DNA from: Saccharolobus islandicus REY15A
GTDB taxonomy: Archaea; Thermoproteota; Thermoprotei_A; Sulfolobales; Sulfolobaceae
Direction: 5' to 3' (one strand)
NCBI RefSeq assembly: GCF_000189555.1
Contig: NC_017276.1
Length of the DNA: 64,000 nt
Shown: piece by piece, positions 7,604 through 18,282 of the stretch
How the letters are laid out: each line of letters begins with the position of its first letter
Numbering within the stretch: position 1 is the stretch's first letter
The notes under the pieces: generated by a model
Told to the model about the DNA's origin: nothing
The model's database searches: none
Seen by the model: the letters and a program-made list of their open reading frames with translations, nothing else
Translations under genes and position numbers: made by a program

Positions 7604-10231
7604 TTGAGTAGTACCTACTTTTACGCCGATGAAGAAATATATAACTTACTTAGACCATATGTTGCCAAATGGTTTAAGGAGAAATATACCACGTTCACTC
7701 CTCCTCAGAGAGCAGCGATACCCTTAATAAAGCAAAACTATAATGTCTTAGTATCAAGCCCTACGGGAAGTGGGAAAACTTTAGCTGCGTTTCTAGGAAT
7801 TTTAGATTCGTTATTTGAATTAGGCGATAACAACGAGTTGGAAGATAAGGTTTACGCGGTTTATATTTCACCGTTAAGGGCGCTTAACAATGATATGCAA
7901 AGAAACCTATTAGAACCTCTTAATGAGTTAAAGCAGATAAATCCAAGGTTACCAGATATTAGGGTTGGAATTAGAACCAGTGACACTACACCCTATGAAA
8001 AGCAGAAAATGTTAAAGAAACCTCCACATATTTTAATAACAACACCAGAATCCTTCGGAATATCCATAACTTCACCGAAGTTCAGCCAGAAATTAACTGA
8101 TGTGAAATGGGTTATAGTCGATGAAATTCATGAACTAGCTAACAGTAAGAGGGGATCTTATCTTTCTGCAATGTTAGAACTATTTAGAAGCCTACTTGCT
8201 AAGAAAGAATTTGTAAGAATAGGTCTAAGTGCGACTGTATCACCCCTTGAAGAAGTAGCTCAATTTCTTGTGGGCAAAGGCAGAGAGTATAGAATTGTTG
8301 ACGCTAGATTTGTAAAACCTATTGATATTAAGGTGATTTCTCCAGTTAAAGATCTAGTTCATTCTTCTGAAAGTGAGGTAGATAAGGGAATATATAAGAC
8401 TATCTTGAATGAAGTAAAAAAGCATAGAACTACTCTTATCTTTACAAATACAAGACATGCTACAGAGAGAGTAGCATATAAGTTGAGAAAGTTAGCTGAA
8501 AATGAAAAGGTCTTTGATGTTGATGCGATAGAAGCTCATCATAGTAGTCTTAGTAGAGATGTGAGGCTAGATGTTGAAGATAAGCTTAAAAAGGGGATCT
8601 TAAAAGTTGTTGTATCATCAACTAGCCTTGAATTAGGAATAGACATAGGCTACATAGATTTAGTTGTTTTACTAAGTAGTCCTAAGAGTGTAAGTAGATT
8701 ATTACAAAGAATAGGGAGAGCTGGTCATCATATAAGGAGTATTAGTAAAGGAAGAGTAATTGTTGTTGACAGAGATGATTTAGTTGAGTGTTCTGTATTA
8801 GCTAAGTTGGCTAGAGATAGGAAAATTGATAACATTCATATTCCTAAAAATCCATTAGATGTCTTGTCGCAGATAATAGTATCTGCTAGTTTAATTTCTC
8901 CGATAGATAGGGAAGAGTTGTATAATATTCTAAAGCGGTCATATAATTTCTCAGACCTTAATGAATCTGAGTACTCTTTAGTATTAAGATATCTTAGTGG
9001 AGATTTCTTTGGAGTTGAGTTAAAAAACGTTTATGCTAAAATACGACTAAAAGAGGAAAAGATTATTTATCCAAAAAAAGGTAGTAGACTGATATTTTAC
9101 ACTAATAGTGGTACAATTCCAGATGAGGCTATGATAAGCGTAGTTACTGAGAATAATAGATATGTTGGTAATTTAGAAGAAGAATTTGTTGAAATACTAT
9201 CACCCGGAGATATCTTCGTATTAAGTGGTAGGACCTATGAATTTATTGGGAGCAAAGGTTCAAAGGTAATTGTAAAAGAAGCCATAGGTCAAAGGCCAAC
9301 AGTTCCAAGCTGGTTTTCTGAAATGCTTCCATTAGCCTATGAATCAGCGCTAGAGGTTGGTAAGTTTAGAAGAGAAATAGCTGAGATGATTAAGAAAGGA
9401 GTAACGCATACCGAGATAATACAAAATATTTCTAAGCAATATGAAATTGATAAACACTCTTCCATGTCAATATATACCTATATTTTAGAGCAATACCTTT
9501 TCACGAATGGAAAAGTTCCTTCTGATAACTTGATTTTAATAGAAATTTATGATGATGAAGAAGGAATTAGGAATTATATTTTTCACGCATTATATGGAAG
9601 AAGAGCATTAGATGCTCTTTCTAGAGCTTTTGCATATGTTCTTAGTGAAGAGTTAAATACAGATGTTAAAGTTTCTGTTACTGACAATGGATTTGTGCTT
9701 AGTGTGAAAAGAGACATTTCCTTGGATTATGATATTAAGAACCTATTTGAAAAGGTTAATCCAGATAACGTTTATGAAATAGTTACAAATGCTATTATGA
9801 GGACAGAAATGCTAAAGAGAAGATTTAGACACTGCGCAGAGAGATCATTTATGATATTGCGAAAATACAAAGGAAGGGAGACTAATCTAGAGAGAAGAGA
9901 ATTAAATTCAGAGATATTACTAAAAGCTGTAAGAGAAATTGAAAATTTTCCAGTGATTAAGGAGACTATCAGAGAGATTTTGGAAGATCATATGGATATA
10001 ATGAGAGCTAAGGAGATTCTCAGAAAAGTTGCTGATCACGAAATAACAGTTGATGTATTTGGACCCACTAGCATTCCCAGTCCATTTTCCCATAGTATAA
10101 TACTTAAAGGGCATTCAGATGTAGTACTAGCGGAAGATAGAAGGGAACTAATGAAGAAGCTTCATGATAGAGTTATAGAGTTCTTGAGACAGAAGGGAGT
10201 TAATATCGAGCTCGAGTATACTTCCGTTTGA
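7604..10231 (+). CDS. lhr: Lhr-family SF2 ATP-dependent helicase
   Basis: SPTGSGKT, DEIH, SAT, STSLELGIDIG, QRIGRAGH, followed by Lhr winged-helix and domain 4. Confidence 0.92.
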   Translation: MSSTYFYADEEIYNLLRPYVAKWFKEKYTTFTPPQRAAIPLIKQNYNVLVSSPTGSGKTLAAFLGILDSLFELGDNNELEDKVYAVYISPLRALNNDMQRNLLEPLNELKQINPRLPDIRVGIRTSDTTPYEKQKMLKKPPHILITTPESFGISITSPKFSQKLTDVKWVIVDEIHELANSKRGSYLSAMLELFRSLLAKKEFVRIGLSATVSPLEEVAQFLVGKGREYRIVDARFVKPIDIKVISPVKDLVHSSESEVDKGIYKTILNEVKKHRTTLIFTNTRHATERVAYKLRKLAENEKVFDVDAIEAHHSSLSRDVRLDVEDKLKKGILKVVVSSTSLELGIDIGYIDLVVLLSSPKSVSRLLQRIGRAGHHIRSISKGRVIVVDRDDLVECSVLAKLARDRKIDNIHIPKNPLDVLSQIIVSASLISPIDREELYNILKRSYNFSDLNESEYSLVLRYLSGDFFGVELKNVYAKIRLKEEKIIYPKKGSRLIFYTNSGTIPDEAMISVVTENNRYVGNLEEEFVEILSPGDIFVLSGRTYEFIGSKGSKVIVKEAIGQRPTVPSWFSEMLPLAYESALEVGKFRREIAEMIKKGVTHTEIIQNISKQYEIDKHSSMSIYTYILEQYLFTNGKVPSDNLILIEIYDDEEGIRNYIFHALYGRRALDALSRAFAYVLSEELNTDVKVSVTDNGFVLSVKRDISLDYDIKNLFEKVNPDNVYEIVTNAIMRTEMLKRRFRHCAERSFMILRKYKGRETNLERRELNSEILLKAVREIENFPVIKETIREILEDHMDIMRAKEILRKVADHEITVDVFGPTSIPSPFSHSIILKGHSDVVLAEDRRELMKKLHDRVIEFLRQKGVNIELEYTSV

Positions 10232-10498
10232 ATATAGTATACCTTTTATACAATTTTTAGATATAATAATCCAAGGTATGTTCCATATTTTCATTGATAT
10301 GATATCTTTGTAACTAGGTTCACAACTTTCTTCATGAGTGTGAACTATTGCTTTTATTTTACCATTACATTTACTTTGTACAATTGTATAAAAATCAGAA
10401 GGATCGCAAAGAAATTCGTGTTCTAGATAACTTATATTTTTTAGCTCATAAAAAGCGCTATTGCAGATGATTCCGCATTTCTCTTTCAAGATGTCCAC
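10148..10498 (-). CDS. Stand-alone JAB/MPN+ metallopeptidase-like protein
   Basis: EKCG near the N-terminus and HTHEESCEPSYKD (HxH-x6-S-x2-D). Confidence 0.72.
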   Translation of the reverse strand: MDILKEKCGIICNSAFYELKNISYLEHEFLCDPSDFYTIVQSKCNGKIKAIVHTHEESCEPSYKDIISMKIWNIPWIIISKNCIKGILYSNGSILELDINSLLSQELYNSIMKLLH

Positions 10499-11388
10499 AA
10501 GCCTTCTAGGCCTGCAATGGACCTTAAAATATCTGTTCTGGTTACAATACCTACGGCTTTATTATTACTATCTAACACTAGCAATCTACCAACATTGTAA
10601 ATTATCATTTTTCTAATTGCATCTAGCAAATCTTCATTTTCATTTATACTTATTACATTGGTCTTCATATACTCTGACACTTTAGCGGTATAGTTTCCTT
10701 CGAAAAAGGCTTTAATTATATCTGCTGTAGTTAGAATCCCTACAACTTTTTCGTCTTGATTGATAACAGGCGCACCTCTTATTGCTTCCTTGTAGAATAT
10801 CATGGAGGCCTCTCTTAAGCTAGTTTCTGGCTTTAACGCTATAAGTTTCTTGGAGATAAGATTTTTAACTTTTTCCTTTGGAATACTTATCATTCTCTTT
10901 ACATCTACTACGATTTCTTTACTGTTCTCATCTAAGTGTAATACTAATCCTTCTATAACTAGCCTACTATAGGGTGTAGGACCCAATCGTACGGCATCTC
11001 CTACTTTTAATTTCCTTAGATCCCCCTCTACCTTTAGGAGAACCCTATTTGCCGAAGGATTAGTAATATCAATTATTTCAATATTCTCTACTTTTATATC
11101 AGTTTCTATCATTCCTTTATAGAGATTTAGTTTATCCAGTATTGGAGTTAATGTAGGATTATTGATAATTTCATATGCCTTTAGTGTTGGCATGTAGCCT
11201 CCATTAGGTCCCGGTTTCGATTCAACTAGACCTAATACCTTTAAGCTTAGTATAATGTTTCTTACTGTCCCCTCATCTTTCCCTATAATGTCAGCTACTT
11301 CCTTACTTTTTATCATTCTTTTTTGCCTATTATAAAGATCTGTAAGTGCTAATAATATTTCCCTTTGTGTAGGCGAGAGATTCTGCAT
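10486..11388 (-). CDS. Winged-helix plus tandem CBS-domain transcriptional regulator
   Basis: N-terminal HTH (KSKEVADIIGKDEGTVRN); C-terminal CBS pair (GAPVINQDEKVVGILT, GRLLVLDSNNKAVGIVTRTDI). Confidence 0.85.
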   Translation of the reverse strand: MQNLSPTQREILLALTDLYNRQKRMIKSKEVADIIGKDEGTVRNIILSLKVLGLVESKPGPNGGYMPTLKAYEIINNPTLTPILDKLNLYKGMIETDIKVENIEIIDITNPSANRVLLKVEGDLRKLKVGDAVRLGPTPYSRLVIEGLVLHLDENSKEIVVDVKRMISIPKEKVKNLISKKLIALKPETSLREASMIFYKEAIRGAPVINQDEKVVGILTTADIIKAFFEGNYTAKVSEYMKTNVISINENEDLLDAIRKMIIYNVGRLLVLDSNNKAVGIVTRTDILRSIAGLEGLWTS

Positions 11389-11429
11389 AACTCAATTATA
11401 ATTTATTTAGTAGTTTAAAATATCTATGC

Positions 11430-12125
11430 TTATACCTTTATACCCAAAATCTTATTCAATATCTTCTTATTTACGTTAAACACCTCTTTGGCTATTAACG
11501 CTACGTAATCAGCTTTTGGTAAAGGATATTCAATACCTATTGATATTGCTATAGCCTTTTTAGTAGCAATATAAGTTAGCCTATCCCTCACTATTCCCTC
11601 AGCTATACTTTCTGCAAGTTTAAATGCGGTATAGAATCTTGAAAAACTTCTTGAAGTATGCTTTATTTCGTCTTTTTCTGAAATATTTAGATTTTTTAGT
11701 GATTTATACATTTTGTCTTCTGATTCAAAAGAAAATATTATTTTAGTAAATGTTGTTCTTAATGCTCTAGCTAATACCTCTTTGCTATTACCAGACTTTT
11801 CAAAGGCTTCATTAACGTTTCCATCTATGATTAACTTTGAGATTTCATCGTAGTCTTCCTCCTTAGATAGTAATTTGTCAAATATTTCTTTATTATCTTC
11901 AAAGAGACCTAACCCATATTTTCCTACTACAAACAAGCTTACTAGCTCCTTCTCATATAATCCATCTGCATTAAACCCTCTAAATGGCTTAATATTTTTC
12001 TTTGTATAAGCATTTTTAACGATTTCAATAACATCTTCCCGACTTAATGATTCCCAGCTTTCCATCAATAAACTCCATATGTCAGTAAGTACTTTTATCC
12101 TTTCTCTGTAGATTTCCTTTACCAT
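11430..12125 (-). CDS. Conserved crenarchaeal protein (DUF2192-like)
   Basis: 231-aa ORF with typical codon usage; family assignment from recall only. Confidence 0.6.
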   Translation of the reverse strand: MVKEIYRERIKVLTDIWSLLMESWESLSREDVIEIVKNAYTKKNIKPFRGFNADGLYEKELVSLFVVGKYGLGLFEDNKEIFDKLLSKEEDYDEISKLIIDGNVNEAFEKSGNSKEVLARALRTTFTKIIFSFESEDKMYKSLKNLNISEKDEIKHTSRSFSRFYTAFKLAESIAEGIVRDRLTYIATKKAIAISIGIEYPLPKADYVALIAKEVFNVNKKILNKILGIKV

Positions 12126-12192
12126 TCCTAACTACCTCGTTAAGTTTATGTGCACATTTCTTTATAAGGCATACTATATTAAGTAGTTTATC

Positions 12193-12585
12193 ATGAGTTC
12201 AGTTACAGAGGATAATTTAAAACCAAATATTGTACTTCTTTCAACTTCTGATCTAGAGCAAGAAATAAGGCAACTAACAGAGGAACTAAAGAACATAAAA
12301 GATAATAATAATGAAGAGCATAAAAAAATCTATGCTATGGTTGACAATATAACAAGAACTTTAAACTGGATTAATATAGCAAAATCTCAAGGTGTATGGA
12401 AATCAAAAACTTGCAAACATGCAATAAACTTTGTATGCCAAGCGTGGAATATAAGCGATGAAAGTAAGCTCGGAATTCCTAGTGATGTAATAGTAATAAA
12501 TGATGATGGTACTAAAAGAGTTGTTGTTTCCAAATTTTCAGAAATATGCATTGTATGTCCACTATACGAAGCTAGGAGAAGTTGA
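12193..12585 (+). CDS. Hypothetical protein: coiled-coil N-terminus and 4-Cys C-terminal domain
   Basis: Heptad-like N-terminus; TCKH...VCQAW...ICIVCP. Confidence 0.7.
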   Translation: MSSVTEDNLKPNIVLLSTSDLEQEIRQLTEELKNIKDNNNEEHKKIYAMVDNITRTLNWINIAKSQGVWKSKTCKHAINFVCQAWNISDESKLGIPSDVIVINDDGTKRVVVSKFSEICIVCPLYEARRS

Positions 12586-12930
12586 TAACATTTTATCAAA
12601 TGCTTTATCAAGTAGTTTTTTAAGTTTCTGTACATTCTCGTTTTCCATTATTTTTTCTATATCTATTTCCCTAGATAGTTCTATTAAAGCCTCTGTTATA
12701 TCACTAATTATTATTTTAATTATCTCATAATACTCATCTTCTTTAGCAACTTCAATACATTTTTCAATTATTTCATCACTTGGGTGTGTAATTCCCTTCA
12801 AGTACTTAGTAATTGCTGCTGGAGTTATACCCAGCTCATCAGCAAGTTCCTTTTTACTTCTGTTTTGTAAGAGAATGTGTATAATGTGCAGTCTAGCGTC
12901 TTTCCCTAGATTATGAATTGCCTTTTCCAT
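12562..12930 (-). CDS. XRE-type HTH regulator
   Basis: SKKELADELGITPAAITKYLKGITHPSD. Confidence 0.8.
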   Translation of the reverse strand: MEKAIHNLGKDARLHIIHILLQNRSKKELADELGITPAAITKYLKGITHPSDEIIEKCIEVAKEDEYYEIIKIIISDITEALIELSREIDIEKIMENENVQKLKKLLDKAFDKMLSTSPSFV

Positions 12931-12985
12931 TATAGAATGAATTTAATTATAAAATTTAATAAGCAGTAAGAGTTATGTCCCTCAA

Positions 12986-13849
12986 ATGAAAGCTTTGGTA
13001 TTCAATTTAGGTATTACAATAAACGATGTGCCAGAAAAACAAGTTAATAGAGATTATGTATTATTAAAGCCAAAAAGAGTGTTAGTAAATGGGTTAGAAA
13101 ACTCTATATATGTGGGTTTATTATGGGTAGAACCAACTAGAATACTCGGTTCAACTGGAATAGGTAGAATTGAAAACGTTGGATTAGATATTGACAAGAG
13201 TTTAGAAGGGAAACTAGTTCTCGTCTTACCATATTCTCAGACATATGGTGGGATTGGAACTGAGATAGATGGTATTTTGGCAGAAAAGGCTACTGTACCT
13301 CTGGACAGTATAGTAATTCTTCCTCAATCTAATTTCAATGAAAAATATATACTTTATCCTTACGTGAGTTTTGCATTACAATTACCTAAATATATTAGCA
13401 GCGGCAATACCTTAATAATAGGTAGTGGGCTCTACGGAATAACCTCAGCACTTTATTTAAGAGACGTAGTCAGTAAAGTTGCTGTATATAGGGAAGACGG
13501 AATTAATCCGAAAATAGTTGGAGTTGAGGAGATTCGACACCTTTCACAGGAGTGGGACAATATAATAATTACAACATTTAGGTCATGGATCAGAGCTTTT
13601 GTAGACCATATTTCTAAATCAAATACTAAGATAATAATGCCCAAGTTAATGAACACATGGCCAGTAGTTTCATCTACTAAAGCGATATTTATTCCTCCTA
13701 GAGAAGTTGATGGTGTTCTTGAATTTATAGACAAAAAAATTACCGATAAACTATTTAATGAGTTGGTATCATTTTCCAATGACCTTTTGACTTCTTTTCC
13801 ATCACCGAGGGCTGGGGTAGTAATAAATACTGAAGAGGTTTTTAAGTAG
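12986..13849 (+). CDS. MDR (alcohol dehydrogenase-fold) protein lacking zinc ligands
   Basis: GroES-like N-domain (ILGSTGIG in place of GHE), Rossmann IIGSGLYG, no cysteine. Confidence 0.65.
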   Translation: MKALVFNLGITINDVPEKQVNRDYVLLKPKRVLVNGLENSIYVGLLWVEPTRILGSTGIGRIENVGLDIDKSLEGKLVLVLPYSQTYGGIGTEIDGILAEKATVPLDSIVILPQSNFNEKYILYPYVSFALQLPKYISSGNTLIIGSGLYGITSALYLRDVVSKVAVYREDGINPKIVGVEEIRHLSQEWDNIIITTFRSWIRAFVDHISKSNTKIIMPKLMNTWPVVSSTKAIFIPPREVDGVLEFIDKKITDKLFNELVSFSNDLLTSFPSPRAGVVINTEEVFK

Positions 13850-15047
13850 AGAGCTCTTGCTTTATGGTATCTCCTAGTCTCCTAATTCCCTCTACTAGCT
13901 CTTCTTTCTTAGGAAAGCTGAAGTTTATCCTCATGGTATTCTTTCCACTATAGTCAGCATAAAAGCTAGAACCGGGCACATAAGCTACGCCTCTTTGCAA
14001 AGCCTTTTCTAGCATCTTAGTGGTATCTATTTTTTCTGGTAACCAAGCAAAAACGAACATTCCACCAACTGGTCTAGTCCACCTAGCATCCTTAGGGAAA
14101 TAAGTTTCTATTGCCTCTAAAATTACGTCTCTCTTTTCCTTATACACTCTCCTTATCTTAGGTAAATTATTTTGAATTACACCTCTCCTTATAGCCTCCA
14201 TTGCAATATATTGTGAAAATGAAGGTGTATGTAAATCAACATTTTGTTTGTATAATTCCATCTCCTTAATGAAATCTTCATGAGCAATTACCCATCCTAA
14301 TCTTAAACCTGGTGCAAGTATTTTACTAAATGTGCTAGTATAAATTACCCTTCCTTCTTTATCAAAGGCCTTAATCGGTGGGGGGCTCTCTCCTTCGAAC
14401 ACTAAAAACCCGTAAGCATCGTCTTCAAAAATTAAGAAATCATATTTTGATGCAATTTCCAGGAGTCTTTTCCTATCTTCTGTACTCATTGTCGTACCCG
14501 CTGGATTCTGGGCTGTTGGTATTACGTACATTAACTTGATCTTTTTCCCATCGTTATGAGTATTCCTTATTTTTCTTTCTAATTCATCTAGATTTGGCCC
14601 TCTTTCCGTTACGGTGATTGATATGAAATTTGGCTTTCTGGTTCTCATGACATTTAAAGCTGCTAAATAAGTTGGCGCCTCGACTATTACATTGTCCCCT
14701 GGGTCTAGTAATATATTAAATAGCATGAAAAGTGCTTCTTGGCTTCCTACTGTAACAAAGACATTTCTTTCATCTATTCCACTAATTCCCCTTAACCTAG
14801 ATAAGTTCACTAGTTCTTTCCTAAATTCAGATATTCCAGCAGTTGCCGTATATTGTAATGCCTTGTCTGCATTATTCAATAAAACATCATCAACTATTTT
14901 TTTAATCTCCTCTACCGGAAAAGTCTGAGGATCAGGTAAACCGCCTGCAAGGCTAATTACATTTCTACCTTCGGTTAACTTTAGTAAATCTCTTATTTCT
15001 GAGGTGCGTAAATACTTAGTTTCGTTGGATAAAAATCTCTCAAACAT
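13842..15047 (-). CDS. Class I/II PLP-dependent aminotransferase (2-aminoadipate/aromatic type)
   Basis: [32 protein letters not shown] (PLP lysine). Confidence 0.9.
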   Translation of the reverse strand: MFERFLSNETKYLRTSEIRDLLKLTEGRNVISLAGGLPDPQTFPVEEIKKIVDDVLLNNADKALQYTATAGISEFRKELVNLSRLRGISGIDERNVFVTVGSQEALFMLFNILLDPGDNVIVEAPTYLAALNVMRTRKPNFISITVTERGPNLDELERKIRNTHNDGKKIKLMYVIPTAQNPAGTTMSTEDRKRLLEIASKYDFLIFEDDAYGFLVFEGESPPPIKAFDKEGRVIYTSTFSKILAPGLRLGWVIAHEDFIKEMELYKQNVDLHTPSFSQYIAMEAIRRGVIQNNLPKIRRVYKEKRDVILEAIETYFPKDARWTRPVGGMFVFAWLPEKIDTTKMLEKALQRGVAYVPGSSFYADYSGKNTMRINFSFPKKEELVEGIRRLGDTIKQELST

Positions 15048-15088
15048 GAAGGCTCAAGTTTTAATTGGTTCCGATAGTTAATATTTTT

Positions 15089-15880
15089 ATGGATTATTGG
15101 TTCGCGGAAATTGTAACTATAGGTAATGAAGTATTAAGTGGAAAGACTGTAAATACTAATGCTTCACATATCGGCCGTAGACTTACATCATTGGGATTCA
15201 CTGTGAGAAGAATAACTGTAGTTATGGATGATATAGATGAAATTGTATCAGCTTTTAGAGAGGCAATAGATAGAAAGCCGAAAGTCATAGTATCTTCTGG
15301 TGGTCTTGGGCCTACGTGGGATGATAAGACAGCAGAAGGGTTAGCAAAAGCGTTGGGGGTTAATTTGGAGTTAAATAAAACAGCCTTTGATATGATTCTA
15401 GAAAAGTATACCAAAAGAAATATTCCCCTCACTGAAGAGAGAAAGAAAATGGCTTATTTGCCGTATGGTGCTATGGCCGTCGAAAATAATGAGGGAATAG
15501 CACCTGGGATATATATTTATCATAATAACATTGATATATTAGCAACACCGGGCGTACCTAGAGAAATGGAAAACGTATTAGAGAATTTTATAAACAAAAT
15601 GCTAAGAAACAAGCCCAATTTGAAATATCTAGAGGACTTCATATACGTTGAGAACGTGATGGAATCGGCTTTGGCACCATATGTTAAGGAACTGGTGAAA
15701 AAGTATGATATTTATATAAAAACACATCCAAAAAGTTATGAGTTGTTACGCCCTATATTAGAAATACAAATAGCGGGGAGCGGAAGAGAGGAGGAAATTA
15801 AAGTAAAAATAGAAAAAGTTAAGTATGAATTACTAGATGCCATAAAGAAATTAAACGGAATTATAAGAAATTCTTTATGA
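15089..15880 (+). CDS. CinA-like molybdopterin-binding-domain protein (no PncC domain)
   Basis: [11 protein letters not shown]-like [25 protein letters not shown]; probable start ATG 15089. Confidence 0.85.
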   Translation: MDYWFAEIVTIGNEVLSGKTVNTNASHIGRRLTSLGFTVRRITVVMDDIDEIVSAFREAIDRKPKVIVSSGGLGPTWDDKTAEGLAKALGVNLELNKTAFDMILEKYTKRNIPLTEERKKMAYLPYGAMAVENNEGIAPGIYIYHNNIDILATPGVPREMENVLENFINKMLRNKPNLKYLEDFIYVENVMESALAPYVKELVKKYDIYIKTHPKSYELLRPILEIQIAGSGREEEIKVKIEKVKYELLDAIKKLNGIIRNSL

Positions 15881-16631
15881 TATCCGATAATAATGACGGA
15901 TTCTCGAAATTAAGAAAGTGACCATAGCCTTCTATAGTTTTTGTTTCCACATTTTTCATGTTGTTTTTAAATACGTTTATATTTGTTATTAATCCGTCAT
16001 AAGTCCCATACACTAAAAGGGTATTAACGTTTATTTCCCTGAGTTCGTCTGAATAATCTTTTGCTTTCAATAACCCTTCTACTGCGTTTTTATAACCTAT
16101 TGGCGTTGTTTCCTCATATACTTCTAGAAGAGAATTCCATGCGTGATAGTTACTGACTAATGTCTCCGCAAACTCTTTATGTAATCTTCTGTATTCCGCT
16201 AAGGCTCTTAATCCGAAATTCACCGCTATTCTTACATACTTCTCATAAACTTCTGGCGATGGCGCTTTGTACAGAGCTCCAACTAATATTAATTTCTCTA
16301 CTGGATATTTTAAAGCGTAATCTATTGCAATTAAAGAACCTATTGAGTGTCCAACTAATATTGGTTTTTCTATACCTAGTTGGACTAATAAACCTCTTAA
16401 ATCACTGGAATGCTCTTCGATATTATAAGGTGAATTGGGAGTTGAAGATCTACCATGTCCTCTTAAATCATATACAACTACAGTGCTATCTAATGACAAC
16501 TTTGGAATTACAAATTTCCAGCTCTTATAATTGCCTGCTAAATGGTGGATTAGCACAATCGGTTTTCCATTTCCTCTTACTTCATAATATAGACGAACAC
16601 TATTCGATATTATAAATGGGATTAATATCAC
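15861..16631 (-). CDS. Alpha/beta-fold hydrolase (enol-lactonase-like)
   Basis: [14 protein letters not shown] nucleophile, C-terminal GHF catalytic His. Confidence 0.88.
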   Translation of the reverse strand: MILIPFIISNSVRLYYEVRGNGKPIVLIHHLAGNYKSWKFVIPKLSLDSTVVVYDLRGHGRSSTPNSPYNIEEHSSDLRGLLVQLGIEKPILVGHSIGSLIAIDYALKYPVEKLILVGALYKAPSPEVYEKYVRIAVNFGLRALAEYRRLHKEFAETLVSNYHAWNSLLEVYEETTPIGYKNAVEGLLKAKDYSDELREINVNTLLVYGTYDGLITNINVFKNNMKNVETKTIEGYGHFLNFENPSLLSDIIKNFL

Positions 16632-16639
16632 CTCGTCTA

Positions 16640-18277
16640 TTATCTTTGATTTGTAAGTCTTTTAGCTATTTCCGAAATATATAATTCAGCAATTACTGCA
16701 GGATATTCAATACCGAATCTTATTAATACGTCAGGGTTAACTTCACCTATTACTCCCATTTTCTCGTTTTCGTAAAATATTGATGCTGAGCGCCCCTCAA
16801 TGAAAATATTATTATTTTCTTCCTTATAATTTACTTCCAAGCCTAAGGATTTTAGAATGTAGTGGATTGGTGCTTGTATGTCCTCATAACTCACCTTATT
16901 ATCCATTATTGCATACGCAGCCCTTTTATCATTTCTGAATCCAGTATCTGTAGAAGAGTCATAAACTACTACATCTCCAGTCTCAAAAACTCTAATGGGA
17001 AATTTCGCATGCTGATTTTTAGATAGGAAATCTAATAATCCTGGAATTAGTGAATTCCTTACTGCATTATATTCATCAGTAACAGGATTGAGAATTTTTA
17101 CATATTTATTACTGAATAGTTTTTCATCTTTAATTAACACAAAGTTAGATATTTCTACATATCCTGCTCCGATGCCTAGTTCTCTTATTTTCCTTTCAAG
17201 CAGTGTCATGTAATCATAAGAACCATAATTTGTTGAAATATACTTAGAAGGTTCTAGGTTATTATAACCAATACTCATCGCAATATCCTCTACCACGTCA
17301 ATTTCGTTCAGAATATCTACCCTATATTGAGGCACAGTTACTCTTATGACTCCGTTTTCTATGTCGCAATTCATTCTCATTCTCATTACATGTTTACATA
17401 TCTCTTCCTTACTGGTTTTAATTCCTAAAATTTTTTTTACATATTCCTCTCTAACATTCTGAATCTTATGTAAAAACAAGGGTGAAGATAATTGTGAAAA
17501 ATTAGCAGATTTTAGCACTTTTACTCTTCCTATAGTCCCTCCAGCTTCTGCTAGATTTGAAACTATTATATCTAGAGTTTGTGCAACGGCTTCAAACGAA
17601 GTTCCTGTAACATCTATAAAGAAATCTTTTGTGTTTTCATCCAGTCTGGTTTTATTAGAGTTAATTATTGGAGGTATACTTAATACTTCTCCATCGTCTT
17701 GAACTATTGCTGGTGATACTCCATTAGCTATTGAGATATTTCCATAAAGTTTTCCTTGCTCAGTCCTCTCCAAAATCTCACTGATTGTGAGCTCTTTATT
17801 TTCATATAATGGGACAAATTTATAGGAAAGAGGAACTTCCTTATATTCTATCGTCTTTGAATCTACTTTCCTAAGATCATGTATACCTATTGCTACCTTT
17901 TTTCTCTTTCTTCCTATAGTGCCATGAAGTTTTTCTTGAAACTGTATCAATTCTTCAAGGTCTATCTTAGCATTGTAGACTACAGCAGCTAATGCATAAG
18001 GTCTAGTTCTAACATTATCAACAATCAGAGTATATTCTGTATCTGTAACATTATATTTTGCTTCGCCCAACTCTTTTTCTAATAAACCCTTGATTGCTCT
18101 AGCTATCCCATCAGAGGAGAGCAGATCCAATCGGTCAGCGTTTATTTCAATTTCAATATTATTTTCATCGATTGGTTTTACTTCTGATTTTAAGTTAAAC
18201 AATAGATCCTCTAGTTTCTGCTGGCTAATATGTATTTTATCTAGTAATTTATATTTATTTAATACTATAGTTACCAT
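16640..18277 (-). CDS. pheT: Phenylalanyl-tRNA synthetase beta subunit
   Basis: ADRLDLLS, RKKVAIGIHD, PPIINS, RVDILNEIDVVED. Confidence 0.95.
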   Translation of the reverse strand: MVTIVLNKYKLLDKIHISQQKLEDLLFNLKSEVKPIDENNIEIEINADRLDLLSSDGIARAIKGLLEKELGEAKYNVTDTEYTLIVDNVRTRPYALAAVVYNAKIDLEELIQFQEKLHGTIGRKRKKVAIGIHDLRKVDSKTIEYKEVPLSYKFVPLYENKELTISEILERTEQGKLYGNISIANGVSPAIVQDDGEVLSIPPIINSNKTRLDENTKDFFIDVTGTSFEAVAQTLDIIVSNLAEAGGTIGRVKVLKSANFSQLSSPLFLHKIQNVREEYVKKILGIKTSKEEICKHVMRMRMNCDIENGVIRVTVPQYRVDILNEIDVVEDIAMSIGYNNLEPSKYISTNYGSYDYMTLLERKIRELGIGAGYVEISNFVLIKDEKLFSNKYVKILNPVTDEYNAVRNSLIPGLLDFLSKNQHAKFPIRVFETGDVVVYDSSTDTGFRNDKRAAYAIMDNKVSYEDIQAPIHYILKSLGLEVNYKEENNNIFIEGRSASIFYENEKMGVIGEVNPDVLIRFGIEYPAVIAELYISEIAKRLTNQR

Positions 18278-18282
18278 TTATA

